In this document: positions 24,487 through 33,730 of the stretch, piece by piece
How positions within the stretch are numbered: position 1 is the first letter of the stretch
How the letters are laid out: each line of letters opens with the position of its first letter
Assembly (NCBI GenBank): GCA_947624695.1
Contig: CANQLN010000002.1
Location: 1 to 34,053 of the forward strand
Origin: an uncultured Bacilli bacterium
GTDB lineage: Bacteria; Bacillota_I; Bacilli_A; RF39; UBA660
DNA length: 34,053 bases
Reading direction: 5' to 3'
The notes under the pieces: model-generated
The model's input: only the letters and a program-made list of their open reading frames with translations
Databases searched by the model: none
What the model was told of the DNA's origin: nothing
Translations under genes and position numbers: made by a program

Positions 24487-24907
24487 TAGTGTTATAGCAA
24501 AATTAAGAATAGCTTATCCATATTACTTTAAAGAGTTAGATGAAGAAACAATTATAGGATTAGTAAAAATGTATCAGGATCAAATAGTTGGATATGCTCC
24601 ACAAGTTGTTGTTAAGTCAATAGATCAAATAATAAAAACATCTAAGTTTATGCCGACTATTGCTGAAATATTAGAAAAATGTGAATCTAATAAATTATCT
24701 TACACAATACCTATCATTGAGAAGATGAAAGAAGCTGGGTATTTTAAAGATACAAAAGAAATAGAGAAAACTTACACATTCATAGAAAGAGGAATCATTC
24801 CTAATTGGTTATTAGAAGATATGAAAAAGTATGGATATGTTGAATATGAAGCTTTAACTAATTCTAGTAATGAGGCTAAGTTGTTAGGAGGTGTTGAAAA
24901 TGTTTGA
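24464..24907 (+). CDS. helicase loader, SPP1 G39P-like
   Basis: 147 aa; LRIAYPYYFKEL...VKMYQDQIVGY...VVKSIDQIIKTSKFMPTIAEILEKC resembles the G39P N-terminal domain pattern; follows the origin-binding gene. Confidence 0.5.
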   Translation: MEQSKLISSVIAKLRIAYPYYFKELDEETIIGLVKMYQDQIVGYAPQVVVKSIDQIIKTSKFMPTIAEILEKCESNKLSYTIPIIEKMKEAGYFKDTKEIEKTYTFIERGIIPNWLLEDMKKYGYVEYEALTNSSNEAKLLGGVENV

Positions 24908-25172
24908 TTACATTAAATTAAGAAAAAAATATAACACCTTAGAAAATAAATATGAAACTTTAAAGAGTGCTGTAGAAGATGATCTCTTTAAAAAAATGAT
25001 GGATAAATTATGTAGTCCCGTAGAGATAGAAAGACTACGATTAGAAAATAAAAATTTAAGAACTAAATTAAAAGAAAGTAAGGAGGAATTGAAGAAATGG
25101 CAACAGCCACAAAAAAGAAAGAAGATACAAAAAAATCTTACAACTTCGGTGAAAAGAAACAAGAGTATATAA
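24900..25172 (+). CDS. hypothetical coiled-coil protein
   Basis: ATG 24900 lies 8 nt after aggagg; K/E-rich; its 3' end overlaps the next gene by 76 nt. Confidence 0.4.
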   Translation: MFDYIKLRKKYNTLENKYETLKSAVEDDLFKKMMDKLCSPVEIERLRLENKNLRTKLKESKEELKKWQQPQKRKKIQKNLTTSVKRNKSI

Positions 25173-25924
25173 ACGGGCAAACAATACCTGTAGAATTTAT
25201 TACACCAAAGTATAAAGAAGCTCGTAAAAAAGTTATTGAGTTATTAGAAAGTGAAAAATATAAAGATGTATTGGAGGAAAGTGATTTTTGGATATTAGTT
25301 AATACATACGCTAATAAAACTAAAGCTATGTATAGTGGACTTATTATTAGCCACGATGGTTGTCTAAAAATCAATGATGTATTAGATGATAATTTAAAAT
25401 TCAAGCCTGAATGTATGACTATCGATAAAGAGGGATTTAATAATTCATTAGTATTTATCTATAATTGTCCGGATCAGGGAATATATGAGGTTGGAGAAGT
25501 AAGTAAAGATAATTGTAAGAATGACTATCCTTATGCTATGGCACTAAAAAGGTGCATGGATAGAGTAATCTTAAAGAATAGTAAGATTGCTTACTCAGGT
25601 GTTTATAGTGATAGTGAAGCTGACGAATTTAGTAAAAGAGTAGATGAAACTGAAACTACCGAAGAAACACCAAAGACAACTAAAAAAACAACTACTAAGG
25701 CTACATCTAAAAAAGATGAGATTATGATTCAAGAAAATCAAATAGAAATTATTAAAAAATTATATACAGCCGAAGAGTTAAAACCTTTAATGCAACATAT
25801 AGGGAAAGTTAAAGTAACCGAACTTACTTTACTTGAAGCAAGTAGCTTAATAAAAAGAAAAGAAAACAAAAAAGTAGAAGATCCTGTGGAAGTACCACAA
25901 GACGATGATAATTATTTAGATTAG
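25097..25924 (+). CDS. putative single-strand annealing protein (Rad52-like superfamily, Sak/Sak3/ERF-type)
   Basis: 275 aa; RBS aaggagga; YPYAMALKRCMDRVILK resembles the A.KRa..R motif of phage SSAPs; T/K-rich linker; adjacent to exonuclease and SSB genes. Confidence 0.4.
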   Translation: MATATKKKEDTKKSYNFGEKKQEYINGQTIPVEFITPKYKEARKKVIELLESEKYKDVLEESDFWILVNTYANKTKAMYSGLIISHDGCLKINDVLDDNLKFKPECMTIDKEGFNNSLVFIYNCPDQGIYEVGEVSKDNCKNDYPYAMALKRCMDRVILKNSKIAYSGVYSDSEADEFSKRVDETETTEETPKTTKKTTTKATSKKDEIMIQENQIEIIKKLYTAEELKPLMQHIGKVKVTELTLLEASSLIKRKENKKVEDPVEVPQDDDNYLD

Positions 25925-25936
25925 GAGGAAATAAAA

Positions 25937-26251
25937 ATGAATGAATTAGTAAAAATTGAAAATAACGATATAGTTATTGATAGTGATTTTATAGAAAAAT
26001 ATAGAAATTTTAAAAAATTACAATTAGAAATGGATCTAATGGAAAAGGATCTAAAAGCAAAACTAAAAGAAGCTATGGAAAAGTTAGGAAAAGAAAATTT
26101 TATAGTAGATGGATTCTCAGCAAAAATTAGAGCTGGTTATACAAAATCTACTTTTGATTCAAAGAGATTTGAAAAAGAATGTCCTAAAATTTATAACGAG
26201 TATAAAAAAGAAACAAGTGTATCTAGTTCAATTATTATAGAAGTTGAATAA
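25937..26251 (+). CDS. hypothetical protein of the recombination module
   Basis: 104 aa; RBS taggagga. Confidence 0.5.
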   Translation: MNELVKIENNDIVIDSDFIEKYRNFKKLQLEMDLMEKDLKAKLKEAMEKLGKENFIVDGFSAKIRAGYTKSTFDSKRFEKECPKIYNEYKKETSVSSSIIIEVE

Positions 26252-26855
26252 TATTGTATTTTTAGATGAGCCACATATTTATCTAGTTAACGGAATCATA
26301 ACACCTAGCGTTAGTGAGATATTACACTTTATATTTCCGGATAAATATAAGGGAGTAAATAGACGAATCTTAAATAAAAAAGCTGAGTATGGAACTACGA
26401 TACACGAGGCTATAGAGATGTATGAAGCTAATATTAAAACAATGAGTGTTGAAGAAGCCTTTGATGTCACTATTCAAGCTAAGGAACTAACTTATATTCA
26501 AGAAGCTAGTTTAAGACAATATGTGAAGCTCAAAAGGGAAAAGAAAATAATCGTATTGGAACAAGAAAATATGATTGAATATCAAAGAATGTATGCTGGT
26601 AGATACGATATGATAGCCAATATTGACGGAGATATAAGTTTATGTGATATAAAAACAACCGCTGAATTAGATGAAGAATATTTAAGTTGGCAATTATCTT
26701 ATTATGAACTAGCTACAGGTAAAATTTTTGATAAATTATACGCCATTTGGCTTCCTAAAAAAGGTTTAGGCGTATTGAAAGAGATTAAAAGGAAGCCTAA
26801 AGAGTTATTGTTAAAAAAATTAAGAGAATTTATGGAGGTATATAGTTATGAATAA
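26244..26855 (+). CDS. PD-(D/E)XK (Cas4/YqaJ-like) exonuclease
   Basis: 203 aa; GTTIHEAIE ... RYDMIANIDGDISLCDIKTT (D...D-x-K core) ... QLSYY. Confidence 0.6.
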   Translation: MNNIVFLDEPHIYLVNGIITPSVSEILHFIFPDKYKGVNRRILNKKAEYGTTIHEAIEMYEANIKTMSVEEAFDVTIQAKELTYIQEASLRQYVKLKREKKIIVLEQENMIEYQRMYAGRYDMIANIDGDISLCDIKTTAELDEEYLSWQLSYYELATGKIFDKLYAIWLPKKGLGVLKEIKRKPKELLLKKLREFMEVYSYE

Positions 26856-27207
26856 CAAAGTAACAATAAGCTTAAATGAATATAAAGATTTATTATTACA
26901 TTCAAAAGAAAATATAACGCCAATAGAAAAAATACTATTGGATAGAATATTGGATTATATCAAAGAAAAATTAGTATGGGAAAAAGATTGGAATGATAAA
27001 TACACGCTAAAATTTAAAAATTTTGATGAATCTAATTTACTAGATTTAATTAAGTATGTTGATCCTATTACTTATCAAGATATTTATAAATATATAAGTG
27101 ATGAAAGTTATAGAAAACAATGTGACGATTTAAAAATGGAAAGATTAAGAGCCATTAAAGAACTAAAACAAGAATCTAATTTTAAGGAGGAAGAAAATGA
27201 AAAGTAA
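26848..27207 (+). CDS. hypothetical protein
   Basis: 119 aa; overlapping start; coding-like composition. Confidence 0.5.
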   Translation: MNNKVTISLNEYKDLLLHSKENITPIEKILLDRILDYIKEKLVWEKDWNDKYTLKFKNFDESNLLDLIKYVDPITYQDIYKYISDESYRKQCDDLKMERLRAIKELKQESNFKEEENEK

Positions 27208-27523
27208 TTTAAGTAAAGAAAATTTAGAAAAATTATTAAAAGATTCAAAAGGAACTTTAATATCTACTGACAATGGTTGTGCAATAGAGGGAAATTTATT
27301 ACACATCTTAGGTAGCTTTAGTGTTTTGACACATCAATTAAGTACATCTATACCTAAGGAACAATTATTATTTGCTTTTAAAACAGGATTAGAAGAAGAA
27401 GATAATAAAAAATTTAAAGGAAGTAACGAAATTAAAAATAAATTAAAAGAAATGTTAAAAGAACTTAGTGAAGCTCTTTCAAAAGATATTGAAGAAATGT
27501 TAGGAGATGATGACGATGAATAA
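27197..27523 (+). CDS. hypothetical protein
   Basis: 108 aa; RBS aaggagga. Confidence 0.5.
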   Translation: MKSNLSKENLEKLLKDSKGTLISTDNGCAIEGNLLHILGSFSVLTHQLSTSIPKEQLLFAFKTGLEEEDNKKFKGSNEIKNKLKEMLKELSEALSKDIEEMLGDDDDE

Positions 27524-27959
27524 TGTTTGCGTTATTGGAAGAATAACTAAAGATATTGAATTAAGAGCAACAGCTAGCGGATTATCAGCTGTTAGTATGT
27601 TTATTGCTATAAATAATGGCAAAGATCAAGACGGAAATGATAGACCGGCTGACTTTCCTAAAGTATATGTATATGATAAACAAGCTGAAAATGTAAATAA
27701 GTATTGTCATAAAGGAAGTTTAGTAGCTGTCACAGGAAGAATCAAAACTAGAACATGGGACAAAGATGATGGCTCAAAAGGTTATGAAACATACATTTTA
27801 GCTAGTAGAGTACAATTTTTAGACACTAAACAAAGTGAGGGTGCTGGAATACCTGAGCCTGATTATGTTCCTCAAAAAGAAGAAGCGGAAGAAGAAAGTG
27901 ATCCATTCAAAGACTTTGGAGAACAAATAGAAATTAGTGATGACGACTTGCCATTTTAA
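27507..27959 (+). CDS. ssb: single-stranded DNA-binding protein
   Basis: OB-fold N-terminus (NNVCVIGRITKDIELRAT...VAVTGRIKTRTWDKDDG) and an acidic C-terminal tip, DDDLPF. Confidence 0.9.
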   Translation: MMTMNNVCVIGRITKDIELRATASGLSAVSMFIAINNGKDQDGNDRPADFPKVYVYDKQAENVNKYCHKGSLVAVTGRIKTRTWDKDDGSKGYETYILASRVQFLDTKQSEGAGIPEPDYVPQKEEAEEESDPFKDFGEQIEISDDDLPF

Positions 27960-27973
27960 TTAGGTGATATTCA

Positions 27974-28495
27974 ATGAAATTGGTAGGTAATTATTCTCGT
28001 AGTGGTAAAAATGAAAATTTTGAAACCGAAATTACTTTTACTATTAGAGAACATTATAAACATCTTATTCAAGATTTAAGTAAAGATGAATTATATTCTA
28101 TATCAATTTCTAAAGCTAGAGATAAAAGAACTGAACAACAAAATAAATATATGTGGGCTCTAATAGGTGAGATAGATAAAGCTAGAAATGGTGATAGATC
28201 TAATGAAGATTATGACATTTATTTAGAAGCTTTAGTGAGAGCTGGAGCTAAGTTTACTCATCTATTAGTTGAGCCACAAGCTGAATCGATGTTAAGAGAA
28301 AGCTTTAGAGCTATTCAACTAACAAGAAAAATACAAGTTAAAGATAAGATATTTAATGATTATAAATGCTATTATGGTAGTTCTAAAATGGATAAAAAAG
28401 AAATGCACGATTTAATAGAAACTCTTTTAGATATGGCTAGTGAATGTGGAATAGATATAGTTTATTGGAAAGATGTTTTAGATTTTGAGGTATAG
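27974..28495 (+). CDS. ninB: NinB/Orf-family recombination mediator
   Basis: ARDKRTEQQNKYMWALIGEI and GSSKMDKKEMHDLIETLLDMASECGIDI parallel lambda NinB (RNRSLDQNRKLWACLGDV ... STSRMRVGEFAELLELIQAFGTERGV). Confidence 0.55.
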   Translation: MKLVGNYSRSGKNENFETEITFTIREHYKHLIQDLSKDELYSISISKARDKRTEQQNKYMWALIGEIDKARNGDRSNEDYDIYLEALVRAGAKFTHLLVEPQAESMLRESFRAIQLTRKIQVKDKIFNDYKCYYGSSKMDKKEMHDLIETLLDMASECGIDIVYWKDVLDFEV

Positions 28496-28497
28496 CT

Positions 28498-28716
28498 ATG
28501 GGAAAGATAAGTCAAAAAGATATTGTATTGAATCACTTAAAAAAATATAAAAGTATCTCTACTATAGAATGTTATGAAAAATATAGAATAACTGATTTAC
28601 AGCACGCTATTTATTTACTACGAAAAGAAGATTATAAGATAACTGATGAATGGTGTAAAAGTAAAAACTCATTAGGTTGGGCTAATAAATATAAAAAATA
28701 TACTTTAGAAGATTAG
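28498..28716 (+). CDS. winged-helix/HTH small protein
   Basis: 72 aa; SISTIECYEKYRITDLQHAIYLLRKEDYKI resembles the HTH_39-type pattern. Confidence 0.35.
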   Translation: MGKISQKDIVLNHLKKYKSISTIECYEKYRITDLQHAIYLLRKEDYKITDEWCKSKNSLGWANKYKKYTLED

Positions 28717-28731
28717 AAAGTTGGAGGTAAT

Positions 28732-29055
28732 ATGAACGAATGGAAAGAAACTTTAGAAAATAATATTAAGATCATCAATCATTATGGAGTAAAAAAACAA
28801 ATGCCTGTGTGGATAGAGGAAATGAGTGAGTTGACTAAAAATATTTGTAAATGGGCTAGAAAATATGATGAACTAGAGGGAGATATTAGTTTACAATTAT
28901 TAGCTGATTTAAAAGAGGAAATAACCGATGTCACTATTTGTTTAGATCAATTAAAATACACCATAGGTTATATAGAAGATGATTTGATGAAAGAATATAA
29001 TTATAAAGTTAATAGACAATTAAAAAGAATAAGTGAATCTAAAAAGGATAATTAG
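28732..29055 (+). CDS. MazG-like nucleotide pyrophosphohydrolase, tentative
   Basis: 107 aa; EEMSELTKNI ... EEITDVTICLDQL (EExxE...ExxD helices). Confidence 0.45.
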   Translation: MNEWKETLENNIKIINHYGVKKQMPVWIEEMSELTKNICKWARKYDELEGDISLQLLADLKEEITDVTICLDQLKYTIGYIEDDLMKEYNYKVNRQLKRISESKKDN

Positions 29056-29223
29056 ATGTTAGATGAAGCTATAGAACTTCTAACTCGACAAATGATTAAA
29101 GATGTTTTTGATGATAAAAAAAATAATAATGTTCAAAAAATTATTATGACTAAAGCCGATTTATATAAGTTTTGTATAAATTTAATAAAGCTTTTAAAAC
29201 GAATAGAAGAAATGGAGGATTAA
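29056..29223 (+). CDS. small hypothetical protein (55 aa)
   Basis: Fills the gap exactly between neighbouring genes; below the ORF-track cutoff. Confidence 0.4.
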   Translation: MLDEAIELLTRQMIKDVFDDKKNNNVQKIIMTKADLYKFCINLIKLLKRIEEMED

Positions 29224-29224
29224 A

Positions 29225-29482
29225 ATGAATTATCCGTATAAAAAAGGCTATTGGGAAACTAAAGATCATAAAGTTATTAAAATAGTTGATATGGAAACTT
29301 CTCATATAAAAAATACTATAAATTATTTAAAAAAACATAGAGATTTTTATGATGAATATTACAATTTAGGTTTTTGTGACGATGATGACTTTGAAAGTTT
29401 TGACTACGAAGATAACTCGGAGCTAGTAGATCGAAAAATAGAAGAACTAGAAGCGGAGCTTAATAGGAGGAATGAAGCATGA
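29225..29482 (+). CDS. hypothetical protein
   Basis: 85 aa; RBS tggagga. Confidence 0.5.
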   Translation: MNYPYKKGYWETKDHKVIKIVDMETSHIKNTINYLKKHRDFYDEYYNLGFCDDDDFESFDYEDNSELVDRKIEELEAELNRRNEA

Positions 29483-29709
29483 GTAAAAAACATTTAGGAA
29501 TGAAAAGACCAATATTACAATTTAATAAAGCTGTTCAAGAAATGGACGAATATATAACAGCATTTAATTATATGTTGCCTCGTGGAGATGGAGCTAAAGA
29601 GTGTGCAATTCAAGAATGGAAACAAGTTATAAACGATGTGATTATTCAACTTAATAACATTAAAAACACTCAAATAGATTTGATTATGAGAGGTGGAGAT
29701 AATGATTAG
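29479..29709 (+). CDS. hypothetical protein
   Basis: 76 aa; ATGA overlap with the upstream gene. Confidence 0.5.
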   Translation: MSKKHLGMKRPILQFNKAVQEMDEYITAFNYMLPRGDGAKECAIQEWKQVINDVIIQLNNIKNTQIDLIMRGGDND

Positions 29710-29905
29710 TTGCTATGATTTAGAAGATAATTTAATAACTATTTTTGATAGTTATAAAGATTGTGCTAAATGGTTTAATACTAGCGTAAAGGTAATCTAT
29801 TGTTATATTAGTAGATCTCAAAAAGGAATCGTAGATAAAAAAAGAAATATTAAAGATAAAAAATGGTATAGACTTTTTAAGATTGGTGGTAATTACGATG
29901 ATTAG
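29702..29905 (+). CDS. small NUMOD/IENR-like DNA-binding protein, tentative
   Basis: ATG 29702 behind gaggtggag; FDSYKDCAKWFNTSVKVIYCYISR resembles the HTH modules of homing-endonuclease DNA-binding domains. Confidence 0.3.
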   Translation: MISCYDLEDNLITIFDSYKDCAKWFNTSVKVIYCYISRSQKGIVDKKRNIKDKKWYRLFKIGGNYDD

Positions 29906-30125
29906 TAGTATAAATGAACTACAAAGAGGAGATCTAGTAATTTATAGATGTGGAAGAACTAATTATGTAAATAAGCCATATAAATATCAAATGTGGTATG
30001 ACAATAATTTTAACCATCGTGAATTTGGTAGAAATGATGATATTATTGAAATAAAAAGATATGTTAAAGGTCGATTCTTTTATAAATTAAAAACTATATA
30101 TAAAAGAGGTGATAATAATGTGTAA
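29898..30125 (+). CDS. hypothetical protein
   Basis: ATG 29898 lies 8 nt after ggtgg. Confidence 0.45.
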   Translation: MISSINELQRGDLVIYRCGRTNYVNKPYKYQMWYDNNFNHREFGRNDDIIEIKRYVKGRFFYKLKTIYKRGDNNV

Positions 30126-30336
30126 GTTTTTTAAGAAAAATAAAATAGAGATAAATGTAGAAAAAAAATATACTTGTAAAGTATGTGGAAATGATTTTGA
30201 TTTATTAGCTGATAATAAATATGTTGTTCAAGAAGTTAAAGGAATTAGTGGAATCACTAATGGTTGTAAAAAATTTGAATGTTTTGATTGTCCTAAATGC
30301 GGTTGTCAAAATGTAGTTAATATAAGAGAGGGTTAG
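30118..30336 (+). CDS. zinc-ribbon protein
   Basis: CKVCG ... CFDCPKCGC (two CxxC pairs). Confidence 0.5.
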   Translation: MCKFFKKNKIEINVEKKYTCKVCGNDFDLLADNKYVVQEVKGISGITNGCKKFECFDCPKCGCQNVVNIREG

Positions 30337-30337
30337 T

Positions 30338-30811
30338 ATGAAAGAAATAAATGAAATAAGAAAATTGTTAGGGAATGATTATCATTTAAGCGTAAAATAT
30401 AGTGTTTTTGAATCTAAAATCCAAGAATGGAAATTATATAGAAATTATAACGATACTAGAGTATATTTTAGTCCGGATAATAAACTTATAATGTCAAACG
30501 AAACTAATACTATAGATGACTTATATAATTTTGCAAAAAAACATCATAAAATAGATGAACATTTATATATGAGTAAATTTAATATAATTATTGCTTGGTT
30601 ATGTTTATTATTAGTAATTTTGAATATAGTGTTTTTTAAAAATGATATTATTAGAGGATTCATACTTGGAATTGATTTTATGATCATTGTTAGTAGTTTA
30701 GTATCACATAATATTTGGAATAAAAATTGGAAAGTTAATATGTTGGAATTACAAGAAAATCTTGAAAAAATTTGTAAGGAGTATAAAAATGAAACCACTA
30801 GAAGAGATTAG
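30338..30811 (+). CDS. membrane protein (two TM segments)
   Basis: 157 aa; hydrophobic stretch IIIAWLCLLLVILNIVFF...GFILGIDFMIIVSSLV. Confidence 0.5.
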   Translation: MKEINEIRKLLGNDYHLSVKYSVFESKIQEWKLYRNYNDTRVYFSPDNKLIMSNETNTIDDLYNFAKKHHKIDEHLYMSKFNIIIAWLCLLLVILNIVFFKNDIIRGFILGIDFMIIVSSLVSHNIWNKNWKVNMLELQENLEKICKEYKNETTRRD

Positions 30812-31247
30812 AGCCACAAGAAATTTGTTTATTGAAGCCGAAGCTCCTAACGATGGAATGGGTGGATATTACTATGATTCAATTAGTGGAAAGAGATTAA
30901 ATTTTATATTTAGTTATCAATTAGGCTGGGAACATTTATCAGTAAGTATGCCTAGTAGAACTCCTACATGGGATCAAATGTGTAGAATGAAAGATATTTT
31001 TTGGGGAAAAGATGAAGCGTGTGTAGAATATCACCCTAAAGAAGAAGATTATGTTAATATGCACCAGCATTGTTTACATATATGGAAGCCAACCGAAGAA
31101 CATCTACCAACACCTCCTCATATATTAGTTGGATTTAAAGATGAGGAAGAAAAACAAGCATTTTTACAAATGGCTAATATATTTGGCGTTAAAGTTAATA
31201 AATGGAATTATAACAAGAGAGATAAAGGAGGAAAATCTAATGAATAA
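30789..31247 (+). CDS. conserved hypothetical phage protein
   Basis: ATG 30789 behind aaggag; 152 aa. Confidence 0.5.
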   Translation: MKPLEEIRATRNLFIEAEAPNDGMGGYYYDSISGKRLNFIFSYQLGWEHLSVSMPSRTPTWDQMCRMKDIFWGKDEACVEYHPKEEDYVNMHQHCLHIWKPTEEHLPTPPHILVGFKDEEEKQAFLQMANIFGVKVNKWNYNKRDKGGKSNE

Positions 31248-31518
31248 TAGAATAGAAGAAAGATTTAATCCACCTTTTGCTGTATTTGAAAATACAATGG
31301 GAAATTATGTTGTTCGTCCTTTGGATTGGGAGGGAATATGGAATCCTGACGGGAAGCTTATTGGAGGTAACGCAATAGTAAGTTGTCCTATGAAAGAGGA
31401 CGCTGATATGATAGCTGATACATTCAATAGATTCTTTGAACTTTTAAATGAGAATAAATCTTTAAAACAAGAAATAGATGATTTAGAAATGCAAATAGGT
31501 GATAATGATGAAAATTAG
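31240..31518 (+). CDS. hypothetical protein
   Basis: ATG 31240 behind aaaggagga; the longer ORF-track start at 31129 lies inside the previous gene. Confidence 0.5.
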   Translation: MNNRIEERFNPPFAVFENTMGNYVVRPLDWEGIWNPDGKLIGGNAIVSCPMKEDADMIADTFNRFFELLNENKSLKQEIDDLEMQIGDNDEN

Positions 31519-31777
31519 ACTTAAAGATATAGCTAAAATTCAACGATTAGAGATGGAAATATTTGAAGAAGAAGATCAAGACTTTCCTGATAATAGAGTA
31601 ATAAGAAATAAAGAACGAGCTATTTTTAATACTTTTAATAAAATCACTATGGATTGGGATAAAAGAGCCGAAATAAGAGATTGCATTTATAAAAATATGT
31701 GGAATACCGAAGATTTATCTTATAAACCTATATGTGATGGATTAAGAGCTTTAGGATATGAGGTTATTTATGAATAA
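31508..31777 (+). CDS. hypothetical protein
   Basis: ATG 31505 or 31508 behind aggtga. Confidence 0.45.
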   Translation: MKIRLKDIAKIQRLEMEIFEEEDQDFPDNRVIRNKERAIFNTFNKITMDWDKRAEIRDCIYKNMWNTEDLSYKPICDGLRALGYEVIYE

Positions 31778-32078
31778 ATTATTTGATGATAAACCTTATA
31801 TAGATAAATCGGTTGTTACTTCATACGATAAGAAGAAATGGAGAAAGGCTTTTCAAGAATATTGTGATAGTGATGAAATTAGAAAAGAAAGTGATGACGA
31901 CGGACTAAACGCTTGTGGATATTATTATGCTTGTGATTATTGTGAGGGTAGTGATAAATCTTGTGCGTGTTCTAATGCAACTATTGAATATTTAAAAGAA
32001 AAACATATAAACATTGATTATAAAAATACTACTAAGGAATACTTAGATAAAATTTTAAGATATGGAGATGAACTTTAA
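31758..32078 (+). CDS. Cys-rich hypothetical protein
   Basis: 106 aa; CGYYYACDYCEGSDKSCAC cluster; alternative start at 31770. Confidence 0.45.
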   Translation: MRLFMNKLFDDKPYIDKSVVTSYDKKKWRKAFQEYCDSDEIRKESDDDGLNACGYYYACDYCEGSDKSCACSNATIEYLKEKHINIDYKNTTKEYLDKILRYGDEL

Positions 32079-32215
32079 TGAAAGCTGTAGAAGATGTAAC
32101 AAACATACTTATAAAAGTAAAAGATGGGATTTTAAAATTTTATGTGGAAAACGGATATATTTATTGTGAGAATACGATAAGTTATGAAAGAGTAGTTGTA
32201 GGAGTGTTAAAATGA
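32078..32215 (+). CDS. small hypothetical protein (45 aa)
   Basis: TAATG overlap upstream and ATGA overlap downstream, so it fills the gap exactly. Confidence 0.35.
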   Translation: MKAVEDVTNILIKVKDGILKFYVENGYIYCENTISYERVVVGVLK

Positions 32216-32403
32216 TAACAATTAAAACCATTGAAAAAAATAATGCTGAAATAAAAGTAAAAAAAGGAACACCTCATACAACAATGTTATTAGGAATTGA
32301 AATGTTAATAGAAGCTTTAATGGAACAATGTCCTAATTTAACGATAGATACACTTTTAGAAGAATTAAAACGAATTTATGAAAGAGATAACGGAGGTAAA
32401 TAA
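32212..32403 (+). CDS. hypothetical protein
   Basis: 63 aa; translationally coupled to its neighbours. Confidence 0.45.
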   Translation: MITIKTIEKNNAEIKVKKGTPHTTMLLGIEMLIEALMEQCPNLTIDTLLEELKRIYERDNGGK

Positions 32404-32633
32404 TGGATTCTAATGAACGAAGAATGTTAATGGTAGAAGCAAAAGATAGGTTAAATAGAATAAACGATGAAATAAGAAAATTGTTAAATACTTTAAATAT
32501 GTTAGGTTTTGATACTAAAGTAAAATTAAAAAAAATTGATTATTCGACTATCCAAGAAAAAAATAATTATGTTGAATTAGATGTTTTTTTGGAGAAAAAC
32601 ATAAGAAGCTTTTTAGAAAACGAAGATATTTAA
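32403..32633 (+). CDS. hypothetical protein
   Basis: 76 aa; RBS cggaggt. Confidence 0.45.
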   Translation: MDSNERRMLMVEAKDRLNRINDEIRKLLNTLNMLGFDTKVKLKKIDYSTIQEKNNYVELDVFLEKNIRSFLENEDI

Positions 32634-32654
32634 AAAGGATATACTTAAAAGTTA

Positions 32655-32813
32655 ATGAAAAATGATAGGGAAAAAGAAATAAGATATTTAATGTATCTAA
32701 AAAGTGAAATTATTAAACAAGAAAAGAAAGCTCTAAAAGAATTAAAAAAGGAGCTGGAAGAATTGAATAGTCAAAAAACTTTAAAACGAAATAGAAATGG
32801 AGGGAAGAAATGA
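32655..32813 (+). CDS. small basic coiled-coil ORF (52 aa)
   Basis: ATGA overlap with the next gene; below the ORF-track cutoff. Confidence 0.3.
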   Translation: MKNDREKEIRYLMYLKSEIIKQEKKALKELKKELEELNSQKTLKRNRNGGKK

Positions 32814-33157
32814 AAATAACAAAACCAAAAGACAATCAATTATTGATAGAAGATGATGTCTTAAAAAAATTTGAATTAAAAGTTAAATCTAATACAGGTT
32901 TAAATAGTAGTGGATATAATGAAGTTTATCAGGGACTTATATTAGCGTATAGACTTCCTGATATGGACGCTAGTAAACAAATATTTTATGGATCTCCTAT
33001 TTCAATTATGACTTTATTTTGTAGTTGTTTAGAAAGTATAGTAGCTAATAACTTAATAAGTGAAGATAATATTGATGAAATGGTAGAAGCTGTAAAAGAA
33101 AACGCTAAAAGAAGAAAAGGAGGTAAAAAAAGTGATCGAGGAAGAAACGAAAAATGA
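32810..33157 (+). CDS. hypothetical protein
   Basis: 115 aa; RBS tggaggg. Confidence 0.5.
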   Translation: MKITKPKDNQLLIEDDVLKKFELKVKSNTGLNSSGYNEVYQGLILAYRLPDMDASKQIFYGSPISIMTLFCSCLESIVANNLISEDNIDEMVEAVKENAKRRKGGKKSDRGRNEK

Positions 33158-33668
33158 AATAGTTAAGCAAGTTTTAAATGAATTAAAATCTAAAAAGCTA
33201 TTAAATAATCCTAAATCATCATATAGTAATACTGAGAAGATTCTATATAGTTTAAATGTCCTACCTGAGGCTGTTAAGCTTATTAAAGAAGAAATAACTA
33301 AACTAGAAGAAGAAGCTAAAGATATACCTCCAGCACCGGCTAAATCTAATACTTTAGTATTGCATGAGGGAGAAAATGTTTATAATTATGGAGATGAAAC
33401 TTTAGCTACTAGAATAAGTGAATTAAAGCAAATAGTAGTTAAGACTAATTCACAGGTTAGATTAGTAAAAGAAGCATTAAAGAAATTTGAAGATGATGAA
33501 TACTATCCTATAATTGAATCCATATATTTTGAGAGAAAGACTTATAGTGAAATAGAAGATGAGTTCGGCTGGGCTGTAGGAACTATAAGTAAACATCGTA
33601 AAAGACTAATAAATAAGTTAAAAGTTTATATATTTCCTAATACTTTTATGAATGAACTAGGAGATTAG
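33132..33668 (+). CDS. late-gene transcriptional regulator with a sigma-70 region-4-like HTH (phage sigma / ArpU-RinA-like)
   Basis: 178 aa; GTG start 7 nt after aaggaggt. C-terminal YFERKTYSEIEDEFGWAVGTISKHRKRLINKL is a region-4-type HTH. Last gene before the packaging region. Confidence 0.5.
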   Translation: MIEEETKNEIVKQVLNELKSKKLLNNPKSSYSNTEKILYSLNVLPEAVKLIKEEITKLEEEAKDIPPAPAKSNTLVLHEGENVYNYGDETLATRISELKQIVVKTNSQVRLVKEALKKFEDDEYYPIIESIYFERKTYSEIEDEFGWAVGTISKHRKRLINKLKVYIFPNTFMNELGD

Positions 33669-33675
33669 TTAAAGC

Positions 33676-33700
33676 GTGAAAAACCCGTGAAAAACCCGTG
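33676..33700 (+). repeat. 11-bp tandem repeat GTGAAAAACCC, about 2.3 copies
   Basis: gtgaaaaaccc gtgaaaaaccc gtg, immediately upstream of the -35 of the putative late promoter. Confidence 0.6.
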
Positions 33701-33702
33701 TC

Positions 33703-33730
33703 TTTACTTGTGAAATATAAATGGTATAAT
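33703..33730 (+). promoter_or_regulatory. putative late promoter TTTACT-16-TGgTATAAT
   Basis: Extended -10 at 33722-33730, downstream of the regulator gene; followed by more than 320 nt with no ORF of 60 aa or longer. Confidence 0.45.

Noticed and set aside
25097-25172. 76-nt overlap between ORF 24900..25172 and the SSAP-like gene, considered as a frameshift site
   Set aside because: There is no slippery heptamer in the overlap, and the downstream gene has its own strong RBS (aaggagga) and ATG. It is probably a simple overlap, or the upstream ORF is over-called.
3912-30798. Remaining short antisense or embedded ORFs from the track: 3912..4094, 5060..5281, 7269..7460, 8095..8280, 8871..9155, 10040..10240, 11577..11780, 11938..12183, 13459..13701, 18507..18704, 20526..20855, 24908..25180, 25138..25404, 26279..26470, 30544..30798
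   Set aside because: All are embedded opposite well-supported genes in AT-rich DNA. They have F/I/L/S-rich low-complexity translations and lack RBSs.
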